From Antedon mediterranea (lineage: Eukaryota; Animalia; Echinodermata), in NCBI RefSeq assembly GCF_964355755.1, contig NC_092671.1, forward strand, positions 17,794,001 to 17,858,000: a stretch of DNA of 64,000 nt, read 5' to 3'. Below, in pieces: positions 14,548-28,600 of this stretch. The position numbers were made by a program, and so were the translations under genes. A model generated the notes under the pieces. The model did not search any database. It saw only the letters and a list, made by a program, of their open reading frames with translations, and had not been told where the DNA came from. Each line of letters starts with the position of its first letter. The stretch's first letter is position 1.

Positions 14548-17500
14548 TCATAGTTTACAAGTCCTGTTATTAGTAAAAGAACAGTCTGCTTTATCAGACG
14601 ACGTTGAGTTGATCTTCTTACGTACGATGGACGGATCGCTTCTGTCCAGTGTAAATTTTCTTCGATTTGATTCTCCTCTGTCTAGGCTATGCATTCTACT
14701 ACTTTCGCACATATTTTCGAAGGGTTTCGACAAGCTTTCCGTACTTCTTCCTACGTCTGATGAACGCTCAACTTCACTTTCAGAGTGGTAGCTTTGTGTT
14801 CGAAGGCTAGCACCTCTGGATAATTTTCGAGTGTCGCGCCATCTTTTTCCAGTGCTACGTTTTTTAGAAGGAATATGTGGATTATTCTCTTTCATCGAAT
14901 TTGTCTTGTAAATTTCTAGTTGTGTGTACAGTCTTCGTAACTCTTCCTGTAAAATAAATATAAGTTAAATTTAATTTAAACAGCAGCAATGTCATTTTAC
15001 TGTGGCTCCAAAAACGGTTGCAAACCTATAGCAAGCGGTTAAAAACAGAGGAGGCAAAGATGCTGTAAATATAAGTATTACTATCAAATATGACAATCTG
15101 TGTTTGGAAATTTCAGACTAGGTGAGCGCTTCGTCTGCCTCATACTGGCTACGGCCTTGGGTTGTTTTTGGGGAGCCACAGTTCCTTAAAAATTGAAAAA
15201 AAATTGAACTAGTACATCTTTTGATAAAGGTAAACTGAACTATGACAGAATATGGTAGGTACAGATCCCCGATATCACCCTGTTAGCTGGTTGTTATCAA
15301 GCCCCAAGACCAGCGACAAAGCGCCGCCCATAAATTAAAGGATTGGTGGATTGATTCACAATATTTCTTACGGCTACAGTGTCTCTTACACGAACTTCAT
15401 CCGCGCCAAACGCGTAGTCATTTGCATTTCCAGGATTCCGTTTGGCAGATGCTTGGCACTTGACGTCATAAATTATTCGTGAGTTCATACGTTCTCTGAA
15501 GTGGTCGTCATGCAGCAATTTGTAGACCAGTACAAGCTGAATGAAAAACAATTGAAAATGCTATCGACGACTCTTAAGTATTCTATTTTACATCCATTGT
15601 TCTGTCAAAACCAGCGGTAGCGTAGATACGACCAACTTACTATTTTATACATTATAAAAGCTGTGTAGTTTAAATTTCGATAATCACAGTCGTCTGCCAT
15701 GCCACCCACATATCTTCCATCAATTATTATTATTACCGATGATCTATAGGGAACTATAAACATCGATGAAAATGGATAGGTTGTGATAAATCATCCGTGG
15801 TAGGTAAAGGCTGCATCCACACCAGTCCTGTATAATTACGGTACCTATCTTTAGTATGGAGTTCTATACTATTTATTACTTAATTCCATGTTGGTACCAA
15901 AAAGAAACAGCTGCAATTGTCAAACACTAACCTTTGGTAATACAATGATGGAGACCATCACAGTGGTCGTTAGCTGCGACCTTAAAAAGTGCACTAGAAA
16001 CTTCCAATCTGGTTCCATTTCATCCCACGTTAGGAATCTTTAAAAATACAAAAGAAATATAGGGCGTTGTAAATAGGGATGTATATAATGTATATTATTT
16101 ATTATATTATTCAAACCACAATGTAATTTAATGTTTGTCTTAATAGTTTGGTTAATTTTTAGCCGATACACGATCGGTATCACGTCTAGCGACGTTAAAT
16201 ATCCTGCAGTATCGTCTTTTCTAGCAGCAGCGTCTCGTCTTATGTGAGATACTGTAGTATAGGGAGAGTTAAAGGGTTAGGTTAAGTTAATATGAGTAAA
16301 ATGCTATGGAATGGGCCTGTTGTCATCAGACGCGATACCGCAGGACGTTTCACGTCGCTAGACATGATACCGTATGAGAATCGGCTGAGAGGCTCTTGGA
16401 TGGGCGCCTGACAGTGACTACTGTATAATAGATTTATTAACTTTAATTTTCAAAATTGCGAACATTTATGAATGCGCAAATAATATCTTAACAGTATCCC
16501 TTTTTTATTATTAATAATGGTAATCTTACCGTATTATGTATAAAATAAGTGACACGAACGCTTCGTCAAATATAGCCAGGGTCACGTACTTAATCTCATT
16601 AAACTCCGAGGGCGCACTCCGCACAAGATAGCATAAATACAGTCCAAACATCAGAAATACAAGTTCAACTAAATAAAAGGAAAGAAAATCAGACATATAA
16701 ACAATGTAACTATTTAAATAAACACAAATATCCCAGTAATTCATAGATGTATGTATACAAAACTTGAAACATGAATAAATAATGATAATATTTTCAGAAT
16801 AATACACGATAATAAAATGTATGTAATGATTGATGTAGGCCTACATCTGTATCCTGTGTTTGAGAAAAAAGGTCGAATGTACTATGCTTCACGTGATATA
16901 TAATTATAACTTGTATAATCATAAATATTTATGTATGCTTGGGATTCGTAAACGTCATAGCCACACTTATCTCATCATACATACAGTAATGCACGTCGGA
17001 TATTTTAAGTACTTTTTTTTAAACTATAGCACGATTGACAATTTACATATTATTGCGTATTGCGCATAGGCCTACTATATTTATTATTGCATACATATCC
17101 ATCCAACAGCTAGTAACTCGCCAATTACAGGATGAATAAACAGTTTTTATAATGTGTCGCTCTTAAAACTAAGTCTCATATAAGGCTTAGGGACGTGGAG
17201 TTGAAAGAGTCGTGAGTTACAACCCTGGCACTAGGTCAGGATCGAACCCTCTTGGAAGGCAAGCACGTTAATTACAAAGCTACAGCTCCACTATTTCCGT
17301 CACTGTTTCTAGTCTATTCTTACTTAGTTCCTTTCAAACCCAATCGAGTTACTATATTATTAAAATTGCGATGACGTGCTCACATTTACAGTAATTTATT
17401 TCTGAACGGTTACAAAATAAGTGTCGATATATTTCAGGCACGATCAAGTGTTTGTTTCTAATTTCAGGCTATTGGCATTCAAAATATCACATAACTACTC

Positions 17501-20500
17501 GTATCTTCTTTTTTTGAGAAGGGTGTACATCTTAAAGATATGTTACCGTCTCAAAACGCACATTGCGTTTGAAAAGATGGCATAAAAAAACCATACCATA
17601 GCCTACATATTTAAAACTACAAATACATTTTGGTTCAATGCACATGAAAGAAACTATCACCATATGTGTAACACGTATGGCACGCTAATCAATTCCAACG
17701 GCTTTGTTTGAACACCATATGTTTATGTTTTTGTGTTATATGTTGGTCAATTACGTTCTGTAGGCCTATTATTATCATTTTGTTAGAAATAAAAGAAGGA
17801 AGAGAAACACTCTTTTTCTGCATTTAAAAACATCTAGCCTAGGCCTACTTACTGATGCCTAAGACACTGTCCCACCATTCTACGTCGCATGTTTTAAACT
17901 GTCTACCGTCAGTAGTACTCCCGTTCACAACCATTTGGTAGTTACAATACCGTGTATCTTCCATCGTTGATACTGTCCACACTGCTAAGTACCCGGATAG
18001 TACAAAGATGATCACAAGAATCCATTTGATTAGGTCTCTATCTCGCACTAATACCCGAGACGCTGATCGTGTTTGGAAAATTGCAAGCTTCCTGAATTAC
18101 AAATTTGAGAAATAAAACATTTATTTACAGATTAATAATTCGAAATATTAAAACTAGGTTTAATAGATATTTGCGCTACTCATTTTATTCATATGAAGAA
18201 ATCTAAAATAAAATATTGTACTGCAACAATGTGTGAAGTGAACTTTCCAGTGAGAGAATCACAACAAGATGAAAGTGAAAGATATATTTGAACCCATGAG
18301 TATGTAACTTGTAACCTTAAGCTCTGCCTACACTATCAGACTTTATATGGGCACATCAAACTGTTGTTGTCAAACTAGTTTAATAGTGTAGACAGAGCCT
18401 TACCTGTATACCTTGAGTACCAAGGTACCAAATGTAACAGCGAATCCAACTTCTCTAAGCCATCGTTGTAAGAAGCAAAGATTATTTGATGGGACGTCAA
18501 AGTACATTGGTATAAGCTCACAATAAAGTAAGATAGCGCCAAACAAAACAACGATTATCATCCATGGACTGTCATAATTCAACACCTAACAATATATTAT
18601 AATTATAAGTAATTTAAATTCACATATATTGATAAAACTTATCGGATATTATACATCTGGGCCTACGTCACAGACATGAAAATGACGCTAAAATACACAG
18701 TCAGCATTTAATTAAACGCACACATCATTCGAGGTGCCCCCGACTCTGTGTAGCCTACTATGCAAACATCTCCAGTATCAGGCAAACTATGTAATAAAGT
18801 GTCACATATGTATCACATGTGGCGCCTGTACAAGGTTAGGTTAGGCCAGGCCAATGATACAGGCGTCATATGTTAAAACATTACAGAATTTGTCGATTCC
18901 CATTGTTGTATCCCCACATAGGCCTACTATCTATTTCCGAAGTATAAAAGGAATATTTGGTATAGGCCTACAGCATCTCATTTAAATCACATATGGTGCC
19001 TGTATCATGTAAGCTTAGGTTAAGTGTTAGGTTACTACTAGATACGTGTGATGTTGTATTACTAAATATTGCTATGATACTTCGGCTGGTCTATGATACT
19101 GGACAGTATATACAGTATAAATGACAACCGAACTCGGTTTATCACACTATTTGTGCTAGCATAAACATGTTATATGTGTTATGATAGAACAACAAGTAAT
19201 ACAATATTTATAAATAGGATTAAAATGCATTTTATGGGGCCAACAAGGCATGGATTCCTCCCAATATATGAGTTCATTATCATCAGAAAACAAATATTAT
19301 ACAAAATGATATTGACTATCCAAACCAGAGACTTATGTATTATAATACATTACTATTACAATGTTCAACGCCTTCTGTCTTACGGCAAATAGGAAAGAAA
19401 TTTAATCTTAAATGCCATAGATCGAACAAGCATATAAGATTTGCAATAATATTGCGCTAATGCGAGGTACAGCTATCAGGTCCGCGAATTTTCTACCTAA
19501 CTCTCATTAAGACATGACGTAGCCTAGTACAATTCATTAGCGTGAAAGGATTTTGTTACTTGCCTTACTAATTCACACAATCTCATAAGGAGCTGGTAAT
19601 CGTCGCTTATTGTACTGCGCAGCCCGGTTAAAGTCGTCTAAATTACTATGGTATTTTTCTGTCTCTGAAGTCAAATCACAATTGCGTTCGCCCAGTTAAG
19701 CTATAATTAATGCAAATATTTCGGTGTCGATTTGCCGATTACGTGTCTTTTGTACTAGAATATTGATGGTCTACATTTTTAACAGTTAGTAGGCATATTA
19801 TAGTGCACGGTCTGTTATACTCTCGATGTTGCGTAATGTGACATCAATATATAATAATCCGACCCATTACCCACGCTTTAATTTAGAAAAATAGGACATT
19901 ATTAAGTTCAGCACAATTTTAAAACCAATGGTCTCCGCTAACTATGCCAAAATACTGGCGCACAGTACAGAAAAATATAAATGGCAATGCTATGAAATGA
20001 CAAGTGTCGCATAAAAAACTTAATTGAGACAACAGTGTGTGCCTAATATAAAACACTGCTAATTAAGTTAATCATTCAATCGCGTGTGTGATGTACACGA
20101 TGTAGAGTGGATTTACTATTTACAATGTTTGATGCCAAGTGCATGGTGATATCGAAAGAAGCCTAATACGTAGAAGCTAATAATTACGACGTGAACAATC
20201 TATTAGTATAGGAAGATGATTTTACTGGGAGGTGTGTTATTACGCTAGCCGAGTGGTTAGGACTCTATATCATACAGAACAAGGTCATATACATGGCTTT
20301 AGTCGCATGCTCAAATTTGAATTAGTGTTTACCGACGACCGACCAACCGACCGACCAACCGACCGATCAACCAACCGACATAGTGAGCTGTAGAGTCGCG
20401 TTTGCACGCGACTAAAAACCTGATAAAAACAACTCCAGTCCACAGATGTAAATGAAATGGTACAGTACCTGGTTTATTATATGGAGGAAAAGGCGGCGTG

Positions 20501-22597
20501 AAAAGGAACTGGTCACCTAACCACATAATGGACAAATACATTTTCCCATGTTACAATGAGCTCCTAACAGCTAATATCCCACGTTCATAGAATGCGCCAC
20601 TTACGTTACCTATGTGCATCCATAGGAATACTATGAATAGCCTGATGAACAATTGGGTTTTCAAGCGGATATAGAGATATTAGGCGAGGTGAGTGAAATG
20701 GGTCGTGCTAGTGGCTTTTGAGGTTCACATTCCGTGTTAAATTTTAATAATAGGCCCTCTTTTTGAAAAGATATAATGTTGGAGCCTTCAATGAACGTAA
20801 CTTCCAAGATTAACATTTCATAAATCTTGGTTCCCACTTCGACCCAACGCAAGCGATTTGACCAGGCGACAATTCGGATTGGCTCGCTTGTGATTGGTCC
20901 AATTAATTGCGTCCTTGCGTTATGTTCTTAGTGGGAACCAAGCCCTAGCAACACAGTAGATACATAAGTTACGTTATAGGTACAGCATTTTATTTGTATA
21001 AGAATCTATTGAGCCTATAGTTAGAAGGACAATTCTAAATCATATTGAAATCTACATCTATGTCATCTAAACTGCCATATTGTATTGTAAACAATTCACT
21101 TGACAAGAAATGTCCCGGATTTTAACTTGTATTTACATCCGAACCAACATTTGGTGACGTCACAAGTTATTAAGGCCATTCTAATTTGAATACGTCGATA
21201 TTCATCTGCTTTAATGTGCGTTCGTATTTGAGTGCGAGAGAATATATTACGTCACATTTAACCTTTGAATCGATCATCACAGACTAACAAAAGCGTTTTC
21301 TATTTGCAGAATAAAACATAAAAAACTCAATGCCTGCAGACGTTTTTCTATATAATTAAAAAAACACGACAATCAATTCATTTATTAGTTATTAAGGTAA
21401 TGAATTAACTAAACAGATAACTCTTTTATTGTCAACTGAGTAAAAGCAGCATTATCGGTTTGGTTAGAATAAAGTTAGACATACGTACCAGTTTGCTACT
21501 CGTTAGGTTGAAAATATTTATCATATCAAAATTCATAGCTTTAATTGATAGCTGATAACATGAATGATATTGGTGTTTTTATATGAGCACTCAATTCAAT
21601 CTTTGGCATTAATTATTGAAAGAAGTATCTTTAATTTATTCAAAAGCCACTAGAAAAGTGACGGTTCAATTTCGTGCGACCTACGGTACCCATTTGCCAA
21701 ATGCGCCGGGATTTGCATGAGGTAGACCTACAGTCTTTTTCTGGGCAATGTATCTAGATTTCCAGTATCAAATACCTAGGACCATTCCGTAAAATGTCCT
21801 TTGTTTTACATGTATCATTAACAACAACACTTAACTTAACCTTATATGATACAGGCACCACATGTTTTATCTATTTGTTATTTTCAGTCTTTCGACAATC
21901 AGACACAAACAAGTTAAACGGGGACTGTCGAGGTAAACCAAAAGTTTAAAAAATGACATCAAAAGATGTGCTTAACCAAACTTACGTCAACAATACATAT
22001 AAACAAACAAAATGCAATACATAACAAAACATAAAACAAATAAAATACAGTACAAAAATTACATTAGAGATATGTGATGCTGTATTACGAAATTTTTCTA
22101 TGTTACTGGAAAAATATTATTGTAGTGTATAATGGAATCTTTGTTTTGTATGACACAGGTAAAATAAAAATGATTGAATGCACTACCTTTAAGCGTCTAA
22201 ACCATCTGACCATTACGATGAGAACAAATACATATACCACACATAACATTTGTAAGCCAAGTATACACGCCCGAAACACCATTCGATTTGAAGTATAGAC
22301 GACACTACAGCCTAACGATACAGAGTCGTTCTCGTTCACCGACAAGTGTTCTCCACTGATGTTACACTTGCATGCATACGATCCCAGTTTAAATCCATTA
22401 TTAGACCTGAAGATACACTGCACAGAAAATAATGATATTTAAGAATAATTATATGGTGAATATAAAATGGTTAGCATCATCGCCATCTTCGTTCGTCGTC
22501 GTCGTCATCGTCGTCATCATCATCATCGTCATCATCACCATCATCATCGTCATCATCAACATCATCATCATCATCATCATCATCGTCGTCGTCGTCG

Positions 22598-22629
<32 letters not shown>

Positions 22630-22635
22630 ATCATC

Positions 22636-22686
<51 letters not shown>

Positions 22687-25600
22687 GTCGTCGTCGTCAT
22701 CGTAATCATCATCATCATCGTAATCATCGTCATCATCATCAACATCATCATCATCATCATCTTAATCATTGCCATCATCATCATCGTAATCATCATCGTA
22801 ATCCTCATCATCATCATCATCATCATCATCGTCCTCATCATCATCGTCATCATCATCATCATTATCATCATCGTCATCATCATAAACATCATTACCACCA
22901 CCACCATCATCTTCCTCGTCATTATCGTCGTAGTCAGTCAATCAATCAATCAATTAAGCAATCAACAATAAATTAAGCAATCAATCAATCAATCACTCAA
23001 TCTATCAATCAATCAATCACTCAATCATTCAATCAATCTATTATTATCGACGCGTCGTTATCATGATCATTCATGATCTTAATATTATTTTTCGCGTAGT
23101 TTCCTTCATATTTATTAAAATATATATTATTTTTTGTAATCAGCATTAATTCTTATTTTTGATATTTTAGATAAATGAGGTACGGTGACGTCCACGAATA
23201 TAATTAATATATAATATAATAATATAAATTTGATTTGATAATCATTAACATTTTTTAATTTAATTTCGTTTTTATTATTGATTATGTCTACTAATGCATG
23301 TTCAATGCACTTTATTGCGATCATTTTGTTTATTTAATCTGGGTTAACTCGGATATGGTGCTTAATCAATAATGCAACGTATCGGTCTTCGTACAAGTTT
23401 GAAATTATGTCATTTTAATACACTGAAATTAATATTCAATTTTGTTTTAGTGTTGGGCTATGTAATTTAGCTTCTAATGTGTTTGGAATGCCTCGGGTTA
23501 AAGACCGTTATTGGGATTAGAATTCTAGCAGTTGAAAGTATTTTTTATTAGATTAGTTCAAGATTCTAGTATACGGACTTGGTACAGCATAACACAAAGT
23601 AGGCCTATAATGCATCCAATTAAAGGGCAACATTACAGGGAAGATGAATATATATGTATAGGCATACACGTGAAACTCCACTTGTGGCCTACATCGTGCA
23701 GTTCGATTGGGGCATTATTGAGCCATGTATTGACTAGTAGATCTAGTTTGCCACACAAGTGTATTTCATAAGCATTTTATAGTTTTATTTTGGCGATCAC
23801 ATACCAAATGCGATCAATAATTAGAAGTGGTCTTGTTTGGAAAATTGTATTTATCATCGGGTCAAACATTTAATGTATCAACAACATTAAATTCAAAAAC
23901 ATGCGTGGTTTATTTACAATCATTAATAACTCAAAAGATAATAATACATATTTAATATTGCCTGTCTAGTCTAATTCATCAATATGTCTTGGAATAGACA
24001 TATTAATTGGATATTACTAATAGTGTTGATGTATATTTTCCTCGCAATTATTGTTTTCACACAGCGTATTGCTTTGTAAAGATTGCTTGAATTAATTGCA
24101 TAGTCATCATCATCATCATCGTCATCATCATCATTATCATCATCATCATCATCGTTATCATCGTCTTATTGTCGTCATCGTCGTCCTCATAGTCGTCGTT
24201 AAGGCTATCGTCTCCGTCTTCGTCTTCGCAATCGTCATCAGTTTCGTCGTCATAGCAGTTGTCGTCATCGTCTTCGCCATCGTCGCCATCATCCTCATCA
24301 TCGTCGTCGTACTTGTCATCCTCATCATCGTCTTCGCCATCGTCGTAATCGCCGCCGTCATCACCATCATCGTAATTGTCCTCATCATCGTCGGCATCGT
24401 CTTCACCATCGTCGTAATCGTCGCCGTCATCACCATCGTCGTAATTGTCCTCATCATCGTCGGCATCGTCTTCACCATCGTCGTAATCGCCGCCGTCATT
24501 ATCATCGTCGTCACCGCAATCGTAGTCATTATCATCATCATTGTCACCGCCATCGTCGTCATCATCATCATCACCATCGTCGTCGTCATCATAGTCATAA
24601 TCATCCTACCTCAGAACCTTCTGGACATTGATGAGTTCCACTGAATATACTATGAACATCATCACATTGGTTAATATCTATCCCGTCCAAGTTAATGTCA
24701 ACTGTAACGATACCTCTGAAAAAGTAACGTAAAAATAGTCAACGCATTCAAATTTATATCATTAACAACGAAATGTAGGCTATGGTTAAAAAGTGTAGTT
24801 TTGTGGATCAATAATTGGTATCATATTATCATATAATACAATAATATCCAATAATATAGCATCAATTTAAGTATAATAGTACGGTACTTAAAGACGATTT
24901 TACTGAGATTATGAAACATTTACAATAATAATATCTCATCTACAAAACAATCAATATTAAACAACGCTATTATTATAAGTTTGATATAGTAACTTTTAAG
25001 ATTAGACTAGTATAAGTATTCAGTTGAAAACAAAGGCACTTAAATGCAGCTTTACTAGAAACAAATGAATTATATGTTACCACCAGTCGGCGTTTCGATT
25101 TTTGTTTTGGAGTTTCAAGTAGTATACGTATGAAACGCCATATGTGCCAAAATATGTATGTTTTTACTAATATTAAGTCAAAACTCCGTCTGGATACAGT
25201 AGGCATATACAGATTATCTTTTTAATCCATTAGTTTATCAGTTTCATCAATCGTTAAGCGTCAACTGTGGTTCACCTATAGCTGCTATTCTGTCTCTAAA
25301 CATTCCGAGACCAGCTATTATTCATCCACATAGCAAAACTGGAAAATATATAAATCAGGCCTAATCACTTACCCGATTATTGAATGCATAGTATGTGATT
25401 AGGCCTATAGTGTTTAAATCAAAACATAATCGTACCAAGTAGGCCTACATTAAAAAAAAAAAATAGTTTACAGACGAGAGAAATGGTTCCGGTACAATTG
25501 CTTGTCCCCATGGCAAACAAACTAAGATAGTTCATACTCTCACTCTTTTACTTTTAAAATTAATAGAGATTATACTTAAAGTAATATATTCCCTTTGCTT

Positions 25601-28600
25601 CCAAATATCTGTAATGGTTCTGGGCTGTAGGCCTACTCTGCGAGGTCTCATCATTAAAGAACGTACTCAATGTTACTCGCTTTTTGTGTATGTTTCTGTC
25701 ATCGTTGTTAAGCTTTATCTATTCTAATTAGGCCTAGATTACATACCTTGGACTTACTAATGTCTCCTTAAGTATAAAGAATAGTTACCTAATACTACGG
25801 CTCGTTAGCTTTTCTCTTGAATATATAACAGTATTCATTAGCATTATGTACAAGGAGTACTACAGTATAATGTATATGCATAAAAACACGACTAAGACCA
25901 AATAACGTAAATCTAAGGAAATGCTTCAGCTAATATTGTGATTAAAATACACTAACAATACGTACATTATTTTGTGTAAGCCTACATCTAATGTATATAG
26001 TATTAATGTTATTAATATACATTGTAGAATTTATTGTTGAAAATGTAATACTATTTCCATCTTAAATTGGCAAATAAAATGAAATCTAAAATGTAATTAT
26101 GTAGACATATCCACTCATGACTTAGATGTTACACTTGAACTAACATTATGCTTCTCCCCAAGTATCACACCAATAATCTAAAGCAACTGTTTTTGTTTTT
26201 GTACTTTACATTATTTTTTGTAGGCCTAGGGCTGATCAAGGAACTGTTTTTGATTTTGTATTTTACATTATTTTGTGTAGGCCTGGTCACTTTGAGTAAT
26301 GCGCAGTATTGGCTGTGTTAGCCAATCCTGTGCCTTGGTGTGTCGTTGTAGTAAGTAGGCCTATAGAGCCATTCGTTACTCAAGACATATTGTTTGATAT
26401 CAATCACTTATCACTACGTCCGAACCTGTCCACCATGTGCGTCGATGGCGTACATAATCGCGTTTATTAAACCACGTTTTAAAATGACGCGCAGCGTCAA
26501 TTTGTCGGTTTGTTTCCAATTTTACTTTAGTACTGTTATCTTGCCTATTCAAGGTTGTTCTAGACAAAACGTTAAGTCGATCATTATCGGTAATTTTGCC
26601 TCCGACGAAGTCACAATTTCTCGAAATTTGAGATGCTAAGATTATGCTGGAAATGTTTAATGGCGTTATTCGTAGCATTTCCCGTCCCAAAAGACCAATC
26701 TGCTTAATACAGAACAATATCAGGTAATGCATCTTCATTTCGTATGTAGAGTCGCTACTGTTTACATCAAAGTCACAGTATAAGTCGTAATTTAATCAAT
26801 CAAATACAAGTTATATTGTACATTCACTTCACTCCACTTTTTTTGCAACCATTGCAAACACGATTCAATGTTTTTTTATTCTTCATTCTACAATTAGAAG
26901 TCTTCATATAAATCCTTGTATGCAAACCGATACGGAGAATAACAGCATGCACATAATCATCGCCGTACATCAAGTTCACGACTATCTTAGTAACAGTAGC
27001 ATTATTTTTGTTTCATTTTAAATAAACTTCATTCATAATCTCGGCCAAAAATTAATGGTATACAAAATCAGCTGTTTATAACGAAATACAAACTATTATA
27101 ATGATTCATATTGTAAATTTCTGTCATAATATATTTAAACGTGGTCTCATAGCACTTAATATTTCATTTCATTTGTTATGAAGATATCTCGATTCTGAGT
27201 AAAAACATATACTGAATGTACATACTCTGCATACGGAGAACCGCCCGACGCACCTATACCCATCTGTCCTCCTAACCACGGTGGAATAGGTGTGCGTCGG
27301 ACGGCGCCCCATAATTATAGCCTACCAAAAAAGTATAAAAAACCTTGATTCGAACACAGTCACCTACACTTACGTACATAGCGAGCATCATAAAAGTAGG
27401 CACTTACTATAACCAAACGGTAGGCCTATTCCAACTCTACTAGTACTAATGTAATGCTATTGTTTTATTCAATCGATACATATTATAATTAGCGTTGTTG
27501 CGTAGACTGTAGGCTGTATAAATCATAGAAACAACGCATTTTCAAAATTTGAAACATTATCTCATAAATCGATAATCGTATAGAGCATTATAACTCATCT
27601 ATGCCTTAGGTCCTTACCTTACGTTGTATTTATGTTGGCCAATCTATACAATGTGAAGGTTAGGCTAAAGTTCTCTAATCATAATATTTTGCATGCCCTC
27701 GCTCATAAAAGCATAATTTATTATGACCCTGATCATTTTACAAATGTCAAACACTGAAATCTAAAATCGATTACCAGTTTTAAAAACTTAATTCTTATGA
27801 CGTAGTATTTCCAATAACTGTATGCTTAACGACTCTAGTGAAATCAGAAAACTATTATAATTCATATTAGAATATTTATAAAAATCGATATTGCTAAATT
27901 GTCTAATGTTGTCTTGTTGTTTCTGCATAGAATATTGATCATCTGTCAGTCTTGGCGTATATACGGAAAACGTCTGTCGAATTGAACAATATGAACACGA
28001 TATTTAATTAAAATAACCATTTGACGTCACAAAGTTGCACGTGCTAACATTTTGATGATATTTATATACGGAATCTATGAAATGTAAATATAATTTGGGC
28101 TAAATGATTGCCTTAGAGCGTAACAAAATAAACTACATCACATCTATACAAACTTGTGACAACAATGGAAGACGTAAGAGCATGAAACTGATATGTAAAT
28201 GGCATTACTTTAATAAGCGACAATTGGGAATTAATTGTTACTCTGGAGTTTTAAGTGACTATTAACTATCCTTGTAAACGAAGAAACGTTTTAGAATCTT
28301 GTCATTAAAGCTTGGTTCACACTAGGCACAACGCTGGTCAGATGACCATTCACACGACAGTGATGCGTCGTGATTTATCAAATTACCTGCATTGCGCTTA
28401 CGACATCCTTGCGTTGCATCCTAGTAGGAACCAAGCGTAATGTACAATAAATAATAGTATCTGCTGGGTTAGTTAAAAAAGATCAGCCTTTCAGATGAGA
28501 CATGTAAAGGGAACCATCCGTAGCATGACCTAATACCTATCTGTCATGAAACATGGTGTTTCATGACAGATAGGAATAGGTGTGCGTCGTACGATAGGCC

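Noticed and set aside
22432-22976. Poly-His/Arg, poly-Ile and poly-Met ORFs
   Set aside because: Artefacts of an intronic trinucleotide microsatellite.
24096-24644. Hydrophobic Ile/Val-rich and Met/Thr-rich ORFs
   Set aside because: Translations of a degenerate microsatellite; only 24610-24715 on the minus strand is a real exon.
26394-26738. Overlapping ORFs of 81 and 112 aa in GPCR intron 1
   Set aside because: No recognisable motif or splice context, and GPCR exons 1 and 2 already join in phase without them.
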